A stretch of 64,000 nucleotides of DNA from Folioceros fuciformis (Eukaryota). Location: assembly GCA_049999805.1 (NCBI GenBank), contig JBNGIO010006348.1, forward strand, positions 522,452 through 586,451. The letters are read 5' to 3'. Under the pieces are notes generated by a model. The model was given only the letters and a program-made list of their open reading frames with translations. It was not told the DNA's origin and made no database searches. Shown piece after piece: positions 11,268-21,324 of this stretch. The position numbers and the translations under genes were made by a program. The stretch's first letter is position 1. Every line of letters starts with the position of its first letter.

Positions 11268-14200
11268 ATGGCTGAAAGGGGCAGAGCCACCAGGAAGGAT
11301 TGGTCCTCAGGAGCTGCTGTCGATGAGCGAGAGCTGGCCCGCAGGAAAGCTGTGGGCACTTATGGCTGGCTCAGCGAGGAAGTGAAGAGGCAAGGACGGA
11401 ACAACAGGCGAGGCTCAGGGCGAGGACAAGGAGTGAAGGCTGCAGGTCCTCGGGAGGCGCCTGTCTCCCACCCAAGGGGAACCTCTGCGGAGAGGTTCGG
11501 GTTGAGCAGCGGCTTGCCGATTTGGTCGGATCCCTTCCCGCAGCCGGAGAGGATCGGGGCGTACCAAGAGCAGGGTGGGCGAGCCCGGGAGAGCAGAAGT
11601 CCATCTCTGGGATTCTCGGGTGGTGAAGATCATCAGGGACTGAGACGTGGATCGCGCGAACGACCCACAACGCAGAATGTGAGGGGTGGTTTGAGAGGCG
11701 GGAATTGGAGTAGCAGGGGAATGGGTTTTTCTGGCTATGATGTGGGTGCGAGAAGGCATGGGTACTACGGAGACAGACCGACAGCAGCAGAGGAAGTTCA
11801 GGATCGAGGGAAAGAGGTGAGCGGCAGGGATGGGGAAGGCCGCCGTGTGGAGGCCTGGGAAGGTTCTGGGAACGCGCCTGTGAGGGATTTGGATGGCAGC
11901 TGGGCGAGGGAGCATGAGGCCAGGAGGGCGGAGCATTTTCAGGTGTTGAGGAATGTTACCAGGGGCCACTGGAGCAACAGGAGGGGGGGAAGGAGTATGT
12001 ACAGTGATGATCGAGAGTGTGTTGGGAGCAATGGTGCTGGAAGCTCTGTGGGTCAGACCAGAAGGGGGTCTGGTGGCTCGGGATTTATGGGGTCTGNNNN
12101 NNNNNNNNNNNNNNNNNNNNNNNNNNNNNNNNNNNNNNNNNNNNNNNNNNNNNNNNNNNNNNNNNNNNNNNNNNNNNNNNNNNNNNNNNNNNNNNNCTGC
12201 AGGTACTAGGGGACAAGGTCATGGGCAAGGTCAAGGAAGTACTGACAGCTATGGGAACAATGGGCTGGGAAGAAGTGGAGATTCTTTGCATCGTTCACCG
12301 CAGAAAGTGATGGCTGCTAGATTGAGTGTGGCTGCCCAGTTGAGAGACACGGTGAGGCAGGATGTTGGCTGGGAACATTCAGCTTGCAACTCTGATATGA
12401 TCTCTGGCCTGGCTGTTCGCCCCACCTCGGAAGTCAAGCCAAGGCCAGTAAAGGGTGACATGAAGAAGCGTGTCGTAGAAAGAACAGCAGGGGATGTGGT
12501 GAGGGAAGTCCCAGCAGGGAATGATGTGGAGAGAGGTTTAGGTAGACCCGGAAGGAACAGGTCGGGGGACTTGGTGAGTGCTGACGGGGAAGTTCTTCCC
12601 AGTATCGTGGGGTCTTGTCCAGACATGTGTCCTGGTAAGTTGTTGTGTTGGCATGTTGTGCTGATCCCTATCTAGATTTTTCTGTGATGTTTGATGTGGA
12701 GAAGGAGTAGTTAAGTGAGTGTGTGTATGCCTGCAGCCAAAGAAAGGGAAATGCGGGAAAGGCTAAAAGACTTGGCAGTTTTTGAGCGAGTGAGTGGACA
12801 ATTAGGAAGGACGTCACAAGCCTTGGCCGTGAAAAAGGTGCAGATATGCTGTGATTCCTTTTCAGGTGTTCAAAGGCATGGGATGACTGATCTAAAACCT
12901 CAAATTTTGTGCAGTTCTGCAGAACTCTTTCCAGTGCGGACTTGAAGCCATCTGACGTGCGGCCCCTGCCAGTCCTGCGCTTGACAGTCGATTACCTCTG
13001 GTCTCTTTTGGACAGGAAGGACTCTGGTTTCAAATTGGTGCACGACTTTCTCTTCGACAGGTGCCGTGGAGTTCGGCAAGATTTGAGCATGCAGCAGATT
13101 GTAAACAGACAAGCTATCAGCATTTGTGAAGAAATTGTAAGTGACTCACTCCGCCATTTGGCTAGGCACAGGAACATCCAGGTTCCGTGCAACAATTCCT
13201 GACCAGCATGCTGGTCCAGAGATTGGGTTGATGCTCTCATGGGCGTTCCCTTAAAGTTCCGCACATTTGCAACAACAGGTGAGGTTTCATATCATCTCAG
13301 AACGGGAGTTGCATGAGCAAAGTCTGTCAAAAAAGTATTTCAACTCAGAACTCAACTTACAACAGCTTGGAAAGACTCTGCTCAGTCTGCTGAGCATGTA
13401 CGCAGCCTGTGACCAACGAGTGGAATCTGAAGCTGAGTTCCAGGCCTATTTTTTGCTTTCCAACTTAGGAAGCGTTGGGAAGGGACAGGTAAGCACTCTC
13501 CACCCCATGTATGAAGCAGTCTCGCCATCATTGCCTATGAATTGGATATCGTCTTCTGTCTGTAGGCGGAGTCATTGACACTGTGGCTTCCTACTGTTCA
13601 TCCATCGCTGCTCAACAGGCCTGAAATGGTGTTCGCGAGGAGCGTCCTCAAGTAGTTTTCACCTCCACTTTTGCTTGATGTTTCAGAGGCTTGCTTCAAA
13701 CGCGGAATGGAAGGTCCTGGAGAAAAGATCACTGATATCTATTCTGGATTTCCAGGAGCTATCGAATGGGGAATTTCATGGCGTTCTTTCAGCTGGTGCA
13801 GGAAGCGAGTTATCTTCAAGCTTGTTTGTTGGAACTCGTCTTCAATCAAGTATGAGCATCAACTCTCGCCTTTGACTACATCCGTTCTCTGTTGAATGTC
13901 TATGTTTGAGGTAGTGACAGGGAAACGAATCTAAATTTCACTCTCATGGATACACAGGTTCGTGCTCATGCGCTTCACGTTCTGAACCAGAGTAGTTACA
14001 AGCTTCATCCTTATCCTCTGTCAGATCTTGCCAAGCTGCTGCTTATGGAGGTATGTGTGTTTATGGGTTGCAACTTTCAACAGCCGTTACCTCACCTTTC
14101 ATTGTCCTTCACTGATGGAACTAGGGGCACTATTCGCTTCTCCAACAGGAAGAGGATGTCAAGACTTTATGCACATTTTACGGGCTTTCTGTGGGCACCG

Positions 14201-14349
14201 AAAACTCAACAGGTGTACAATGTCTGCTTGTGAAGCAAGCACAATTTGCAGTGCAACCCGAAGCAGCTCCTTGGTACCATTGTCGTCATGTTGAAGCCAA
14301 GCGGCCATCTTGTTACTCGGCAGCCATCCTCAGCAGTGCGGAAGGCTGA
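11268..14349 (+). CDS. SAC3/GANP family protein (SAC3C-like) with long RG-rich N-terminus; spans an assembly gap
   Basis: Motifs IVGSCPDMCP, EREMRERLKDLAVFER, AVKKFCRT, DVRPLPVL, FLFDRCRGVRQDLSMQ, EAEFQAYFLL. Last exon 14149-14349 ends AEG*. Confidence 0.88.
12097..12196. other. Assembly gap (100 N)
   Basis: Run of N inside the SAC3 first exon. Confidence 1.
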
Positions 14350-14877
14350 AAGACTGTAATCTTTCTCTTTAGCAGTGTACTTTAAATGTAGGGTTGCAAG
14401 CATAGTGAAGCAAAGTCTGGAGCTATGTCTGACCTCTAGTCATAATATATTCCTTCGTGAAAATGTCCGTACTTCAATTTCTGAGTAGGACAATCGTCAA
14501 CTATGGCAAGTTCAGTAACGTTAACGTGCTTCGTGTTGGGTCTGTCACCGGTGTCATATTCCTTGGGAGGGGTCGTCTTCCTTCCACCTACATATTATGG
14601 CCATGGAGGAAAGGATGAAAGTATGAGCACACTTCCTCACATTGATGGAAGCACCCAGAAGTCTGTTGTAAGGTCTTAGTACACTCACCTCACCTGTAGC
14701 ATAGGCCTGCCGGCAGGACGGATTTCTTGCCAGCAGGAAGGCTGCAGTATTGTCGCATGACAAAGGGACAGAAGCAGCCTAGTGGATTATGGAACACCTA
14801 GAGCATAGAGACAATATTAGACTTGTGCGATGCCAATCCAGAAGTCAGTGTTGGAGACCTGGCGCACTACTCAGTGG

Positions 14878-17514
14878 TCATACATAATCACCTGCACGGT
14901 TGGGTAGGGGTAAGCCATCCAGCTCTAGCTTAGATAGATCACTTTCAATGCCATCTGGATCCCCTCCCTGGTAACCAGCCCCTCTGATGGCTGCAAGCGT
15001 GGCCCTTGCCTGGTCATTGGCACTCTGCCAGACACTTCTTGTTGAAGGCCCCTCTGATCTCGTCGGGGTTTTCATTTCCCTCTTTTCCCAACCTCTGCCC
15101 ACGCTGTTCCTGATTCCTTCACCCTGGAAGTCTGGGAAGTAATCCGATGATTTTTGCGGAGAAGTGGGAAAAGCCTGGCTCGTAGCCACCTTAGGATCGA
15201 GAATGGATGATCTTAACGGGAACGGATCCGGCCTTGGAGAGCCCTGGTCATTCAGCCATGGAGAAAAGACAGGGTATAGGTCATTCCTTGGGCGTCCAGG
15301 CAAACTTGATGGCAGTGGTGCTTCCTCAATTCTGATGGGATCCTCAGGAGGGCTTTTCGGGCCAGTGCCATTGAAACTGTCGTGCCCAATCTTTTCCACA
15401 TCTCTTCTTGAACCGTGCTCATCCGAACTCAAAGAACCCTTGTCATTCAGCCATGGAGAGTATCTCTCCGTCCTTGGGAGTCCAGGCAAACATGATGGAG
15501 GTGATACTTCCTCAATTCCGATGGGATAAACAGGAGGGCTTTTCAAGCCAGTGCCATTGAAACTGTCCCCCGGGTAGTTGTTGCCAAACTGTGTGACCCT
15601 GTCAGGACTTACCCTACCAGCAGATGCAGCGATGTCGTGCCCGATCTTTTCCACATCTCTTCTTAAACCGTGCACAATCTCTTCAAGCCCAGCCATGGCC
15701 TCCTGATTGTTAGAGACAAGGTCTTGAAACATGTCCATGAGCTGTGCCTGCTGGCGCTCGATCTGTTGAAGGTGCCTCCGGATTGCCGTCCACATGCTGG
15801 GATCATTGGCAACCCTTGTATCGAAGTCACTAGCGGCTGGACTGTAAGGGTTGGGCGATGCTGCATTCCCGTCCCAACTCCCACCATTGGTCAAGTCGAT
15901 CCCAATACTGAGTTTCTTATCCAAAGACAAAGGCTCCAGTGTTCTCAGAGGCAGATCTCTGGGGTCTGATTTCAAGACACTTGCCACAGAACTATTCAAA
16001 TCGCGTCCTGTCTGAAATTCCATCGAGTCCCCAGACTCTGTGCCAGATCTTAGATCAACCGAAGAATATGTCTGCGGTACCAACGTCAGTTGACGCTGCC
16101 CTTGTGTACACATTCTCGCCATTTCATCGCCCACCTCCTCTTGCGACAAAACCGATCGAGGCGGACCACACACCTCAATGGGGAAATTGTCAAAATTCTC
16201 AGTGTTCTTGTCTCCGAGCTTCTTAAAGAACTCCGGATTCGTTTTCCTGTCACTAATTTGTGGACTTCGCTTTCTTGCAGAAGATGGATTTTCTGGTGAC
16301 GCATTGGAAAAGCTTGAAGGGAATGTACCTTCCGAAGGAGGAGGAAACAATACCCTGCTCGTCCGAACGCCAGCTCCTGAGTCATGATCGGAATACCGAG
16401 GAACAGACATAAGGCTGGATGCCACAGAAATATCACCCCCAGACTTTGATGGTCTCCCTCCACCATTTCTGCCAGCAGAAGACGACTCCTCGTCACCCCC
16501 CGGGACATTCTTCCACAGTGCCATAGCATCATTCACACTGTCACGTACCGGTTTCACCTTGTCAAAACGGCAAGCTTCCAATGCGGGCATCACAGATCCC
16601 TTGAAGGGACTGAGAGCAGGCCCAACACTCATGGCCATGCGAACAAGGGTCTCAGCTGCGGCCTTTCTGGTTGTCCAATCAGTGCTATCCAGACATTCTT
16701 GAGTACAAGGAACCAGCGCGGTGAGCAGTGCTGGGGCTGCTGCGTCTGCTGTTGCGATTGCTTGAGACAGGCTCCCTATCACAGACAGAAGTCCAGCTTT
16801 AGCCAGAAACCCTGGCATGCTCATGAACTTCAGAATCCGAGGCAGAAGCCTCTGCACAGTTGCCGTTGGTACGTTCTCGATCCTGTCCAGAACTCGAGCC
16901 AGGCACAGCGATGCTCCAACCTGCACACCCTTGTTCTGCTCTGTCAAGGCCTCCAGCAGCGGCTTCACAAAAACCCCGATGGAGGTCGCAGGAGGCCCTG
17001 CACTGTCGCCCCCGCCTCCAGATGACGCCGAACCCGCAACCGGATATGACACGTGAACGGCTAAAACACCAATGACATCCACGCACACTTCACGAATGGC
17101 GGAGTCAGGATCCTTAAGCCGGCGAACAATGTTGCTGACAATCCTGGGAAGATGGGGGACAAGGCCATCTCCATGCATTGATGCAAGAGTGCCAAACATC
17201 TTCACACATTCTCTCCGCACCACGGCTTTCTGCTGCAGATCGGTATCATACAAACACGCCAGAAACATGGCAATCCCTTCCGGAGTCAAGCCCTGCGCAA
17301 TACTTTCCAAATCTTCCAGGGCAATCTGCTGAGTATCCCGATCAGAGAGCTTGTTCAAGGCTGCCAGAATCCTGTTCTTCAGTTCCACGAGAACCACTTG
17401 GGGAGGCAATCCAGGCTTCACATTCCCAGATGGCCCACCCCGAGGCCTACCCTTGGCCAGCATCATGCCGCCGTGAACATTCATGCCTTGGACCAGCTGT
17501 CTATAATGCTCCAA
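14878..17514 (-). CDS. TOR1: TORTIFOLIA1/SPIRAL2-like microtubule-associated HEAT-repeat protein
   Basis: 878-aa ORF with ELKNRILAALNKLSDRDTQQIA, IVRRLKDPDS, DWTTRKAAAETL, LEACRFDKVKPVRDS, coiled coil LQQIERQQAQLMDMFQD and SEGPSTRSVWQSA. A short extra 3' exon at ~14778-14689 is possible. Confidence 0.9.
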   Translation of the reverse strand: MEHYRQLVQGMNVHGGMMLAKGRPRGGPSGNVKPGLPPQVVLVELKNRILAALNKLSDRDTQQIALEDLESIAQGLTPEGIAMFLACLYDTDLQQKAVVRRECVKMFGTLASMHGDGLVPHLPRIVSNIVRRLKDPDSAIREVCVDVIGVLAVHVSYPVAGSASSGGGGDSAGPPATSIGVFVKPLLEALTEQNKGVQVGASLCLARVLDRIENVPTATVQRLLPRILKFMSMPGFLAKAGLLSVIGSLSQAIATADAAAPALLTALVPCTQECLDSTDWTTRKAAAETLVRMAMSVGPALSPFKGSVMPALEACRFDKVKPVRDSVNDAMALWKNVPGGDEESSSAGRNGGGRPSKSGGDISVASSLMSVPRYSDHDSGAGVRTSRVLFPPPSEGTFPSSFSNASPENPSSARKRSPQISDRKTNPEFFKKLGDKNTENFDNFPIEVCGPPRSVLSQEEVGDEMARMCTQGQRQLTLVPQTYSSVDLRSGTESGDSMEFQTGRDLNSSVASVLKSDPRDLPLRTLEPLSLDKKLSIGIDLTNGGSWDGNAASPNPYSPAASDFDTRVANDPSMWTAIRRHLQQIERQQAQLMDMFQDLVSNNQEAMAGLEEIVHGLRRDVEKIGHDIAASAGRVSPDRVTQFGNNYPGDSFNGTGLKSPPVYPIGIEEVSPPSCLPGLPRTERYSPWLNDKGSLSSDEHGSRRDVEKIGHDSFNGTGPKSPPEDPIRIEEAPLPSSLPGRPRNDLYPVFSPWLNDQGSPRPDPFPLRSSILDPKVATSQAFPTSPQKSSDYFPDFQGEGIRNSVGRGWEKREMKTPTRSEGPSTRSVWQSANDQARATLAAIRGAGYQGGDPDGIESDLSKLELDGLPLPNRAGDYV

Positions 17515-18336
17515 CTAGGATCCTTGCATGCCACAGCAACAACGTAGCAGGCCACGGCCAGGTTCCCCACCTCCATGCCCTACCAGGCCACCTTCTGAAC
17601 CACTCCTGGTCGGGTAGCCATACAACCCTCCCAACAAGCACCTCCAGACTCCGCTGTTACGTTGCCCTTTCATCCTCCACCAAACCCCTCCCTTCTCAGG
17701 CTATGCAACCTCATCCATCAAGGACAATCCATTCACAGAGTCACTCTTATATACAGCGACCGTGCAAAGGACGTTCACAAAAAAACGCTCCAAACTCCCC
17801 GCAGATCATAGATGTCCCCGCTACCAGGAGCTCCTCCAATCCAATCCGATCCAGATCATGCTGAAAAACCAACACCGAATCCACATCACTTCCACACCAA
17901 TGCTAAACACCAACACCAAACATCCACAGCACGCCTGAGCTGGCAATCAAGAAAATCCGCACTCCACCTCCTTACATGCAGTCACAAAGAGTCCCTCCCT
18001 CCACGACCGAGGTTCCGTTTCAATCATAGAAGTTGCAGAAGCTCATCCACGATGAGCAGAATGCAGCAGGCAGAGGCACAAACGCGAATCTCACAAACAA
18101 CAACAGAACGCAACGAAAAGAAACAAAGCGGAAATCGCCAAACCTGGCCTCCGGAAGTTGTCAGCCCGGCAGAAGTGGCAGCAGCGAGCGGGAAATCGAA
18201 CAATGCAGACTCCGTGCTGCAGATCGGGTCGCGCCCACAGGGTAGCAAGAATTCAGTACAACCAGGCTTCTCAGACGCTAGAGACGACTCCAATGCCAAA
18301 CGAGCGCTGTCCTGGGGTCCTCCTGTCCAGAGCCTG

Positions 18337-18520
18337 TAAGCGCGGTGGGGCCGACCGCGCGGTTTATCGCGCTGTGACCAACCCGGTCCGCGGTCGCGCT
18401 CGCCGTGGGCCCAGTAACCGCGCGACGGGAGGGCGGGTGAGCGGGACCCATCCGTCCCACTACCGTGCGGTCCTATTGGCTCCCGTTCTGTCCCAATCGG
18501 ATTGGCTGCATGTCACTACC
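18337..18520. promoter_or_regulatory. GC/CpG-rich putative promoter with CCAAT boxes upstream of TOR1-like
   Basis: CpG-dense tract, GGGCGG and TGGGCC motifs, ATTGG at ~18475, palindromic CCAATCgGATTGG at ~18493-18505. Confidence 0.35.
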
Positions 18521-19871
18521 GTTTTGGGGAATCCCGTCCCGTTGTGCTCGGACCCCGTCTTTCCTACCCTTAGCAGGGGCCGCGGTTACGTAGCCGGGGT
18601 TGAAACCGACCGGTTCGGGTCTTGGAGATACGAGCAACCGAGATCGTGCGGACGACAGGCAGGAGAATGGAGATGCCCGATGCTCGATGCTCCTTCTCGC
18701 AAATGCGCTTCACCGACGAGCGCCTGCTCCCGCTGTCTTTGTGTCAGGACATGAGTTCGCTTTTCCTATCATGCAGTCCGGACGAATGCGCCGTTGGAGT
18801 ACTGTAGCCAGTGCTTCCTTTCACCGACAGACTCACATGCGCGGAGTCTGGAGTACGTTTTGCTGCTCGGAGGACTCCAGTCTGGTGCTTTGAGGAAAAC
18901 GGGCTTCGGACTTGTGGACAGCTGGATCCCTCACGCAACCCCTAGTTGCCATTAGAGTCGAGAATCCATTAATCTGTTTCTTGCTTGGCTCCAAGAGCAT
19001 ATCCAGGCTGGGTCGGTCAAGCATTCTGGCAATAATGCAACGGGAAATCGGTGTTGTGAGCTTCCCGTGCATTGCAGTGCGGCGCCTGTCCTGTGTGGCA
19101 TGCATTGCATACCACATCCCTACATCTGCCGTTTGGAAAGGAGCTTCATGAGGAATCGATGAAGAAAGCATCGCACAACCCCCCGAGTGACGCCGGCAGT
19201 TTCGCTGTTGAGCCGATCTGGTGTAGAAGGGTCTTCAAATCCTCCCCTCCTTGCTAGGAGAGATGGCCCTCCCTGCTGCTGCATGGAAGGAACACTGTTT
19301 CCAAGAGCAAAGCTTCCTCCCACGGCAAACTCTACTTAACACTAAACCATCATCGCTGTGAGAATCGGGCGCTCTTGACGATCAACCATGATCGCGCTAA
19401 TAGCAAAGAACAATTGTGGGGTGCACCAATGGGAGTAGTGTTTCGTCCCAACGAGTGCCTTCGAAATCCAGCACTTTTTGGTTAGGTGCACGATGTCATT
19501 GAAAGTGCCCAACTAGTGATCCTAACGGTAATGGATAATTTAGTAATTCAATAGCATAATAATCTGCATCAGGACACTTTCCTCGACAACATGTGGAACC
19601 AAAGTTCAAGGGTTCTAGATGTCCGCTAAATTAATTTCCCTATCTATCCTACTTATCATAGCCTTCCATGGCATATTTAGCATCATATGATTGCCCTAAT
19701 TATGACTGACATTAGCAACTTCCCATTATACTCTCTCCCTACCTTAGTAAACCCTAAATCTGAACAAACCTTACTATATTTGTAATAACAACTTCTCATT
19801 ATAGACTTTATTGCTACCTTGGTAAACCCTAAACCTAAACAAACCTCACAATATAAATGTATCGGAAACCA

Positions 19872-20007
19872 ATTCTTCTGCTCATAGAGCCATTTTAACT
19901 TGTCTCCTTCTTTCCTACAATTGTTAACATCCTTGTAAACCTATTCTTCTGCTCATAGAGCCATTTTAACTTGTCTCCTTCTTCCCTACAATTGTTAACA
20001 TCCTTGT
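19872..20007. repeat. 71-bp tandem duplication
   Basis: attcttctgctcatagagcc...ttaacatccttgt starts at 19872 and again at 19943. Confidence 0.85.
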
Positions 20008-20454
20008 TCACTCATCTCTACTATACTCCTTTTAAGTTAAACTATATATCATGAAAGGTCTACATATCTCTCCTAAAACAAATTTGATCAGAAAACCAAC
20101 AAGTCGGTTCAAACAAACCAAGCTAAACCCATTGTTAGTAACTCGTGACCCAAAGTTGTGAATTCTACATTATGTTCTTAAGATATGTTTTGATTTTTCT
20201 AAGTCTCTTCCAGTATTCCCCTTTCTCCTGTCCTTTTCTTCTAATGTTTGGTTCTTCATTTCCTTTTGGTTGTTTTTTTTTCTCCCATTTTTTTGTTTGT
20301 TTTTTTTTTTTTGCTTCCTCGTTTTCTATTCTCTTTTTCTTCTTCTTTTTGTGAAATTTCATTTTTTTTGTTTTTTTTAGAGGTTTTTTTTTGTTTTTTT
20401 GTGTTTGAAAATAAATTCTTGGTATCTTCAACCTACAGGAACAAGTTCATAAAC

Positions 20455-21237
20455 ATGGAGCATAGCAACTTGATTAATGGTGCACATGCATCGACATCAA
20501 TGCAAACCTATCCTCATGAAGCCACTATTAGGCAGCATCAAGAGGTGACACATATAGTAACAAGGGAGACCAATTTGAACAAAGTGCAAACCTTGGATTC
20601 CAACCTAGATCGAACCCAACGTCCAATTACAAATCAAGAGGCGTTACTTGCAAAAATCGATAAGGAGCTAATTGCGGCCTATCACATTATCAAAAGCGTC
20701 ACTAATACATTGCAGTTGCCAGCCATGGTCCGTCCTTCAACAACGTACCTTTTTGGTCTATTAAAGGATTTGCATGAGGGCAATTCTAGAGAGTGTATTG
20801 TTGCAGCTCTTTACATAGCAAGCAAATGGAATATGACTTGTCATACCATCGACGAAATTAAAAATTCTTTGAGTACCATGCACATAAGAAATGAGGTCAT
20901 TCAACAAATGGCAAACAAAGTGGCAACCAACATCATGCAAAATGCTAAAGAACACATTAAAGAAGCTATTAGAAGATTAGAATTAAACTCTCTCGAGCAA
21001 GTTCTTGCACGAAAATATTTTAAGAATTTGTTTGTAATAAGTGATCCGAGAAAGTATTGTATACTTGAGCTTGTGGGTGCAGCTATTTATGTAGCTAGCG
21101 ATTTCAGTGCTGAAGAAGTTAGGTATGCTATGAAAATGGCAGTCGAATCGCAGATCATGGTAGAATTAAGAGATAGATTGCTCTATCTTTACCGGAAAGG
21201 GATAAAGGCGAAGGAGGAAGCAAAAAAACAATCCTAA
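20455..21237 (+). CDS. Intronless TFIIB-core-like (two cyclin-fold repeats) protein lacking the Zn ribbon, copy 1
   Basis: Pattern AYHIIKSVTNTLQLP...GNSRECIVAALYIASK...TIDEI and a second repeat LEL...LVGAAIYVAS resembles TFIIB/BRF cyclin folds. Paralog at 46284-47015. Confidence 0.6.
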   Translation: MEHSNLINGAHASTSMQTYPHEATIRQHQEVTHIVTRETNLNKVQTLDSNLDRTQRPITNQEALLAKIDKELIAAYHIIKSVTNTLQLPAMVRPSTTYLFGLLKDLHEGNSRECIVAALYIASKWNMTCHTIDEIKNSLSTMHIRNEVIQQMANKVATNIMQNAKEHIKEAIRRLELNSLEQVLARKYFKNLFVISDPRKYCILELVGAAIYVASDFSAEEVRYAMKMAVESQIMVELRDRLLYLYRKGIKAKEEAKKQS

Positions 21238-21324
21238 GTATACATTTCTATCTAAACATAGAGGTTTCCCTTTATCACAACCATGTATCATTGGATTTTC
21301 ATATTATTATTATTTCCAGTACTA

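Noticed and set aside
11163-12675. Apparent frameshift in SAC3 exon 1
   Set aside because: It coincides with a 100-N gap of arbitrary length.
17812-19323. Overlapping ORFs upstream of TOR1-like
   Set aside because: GC-rich promoter/UTR-like sequence with no domain similarity.
20145-20454. Phe-rich N-terminal extension of ORF 20248-21237 and Lys-rich antisense ORFs (also 46997-47324)
   Set aside because: These are translations of poly-T tracts. The conserved ATG in both copies is at 20455/47015.
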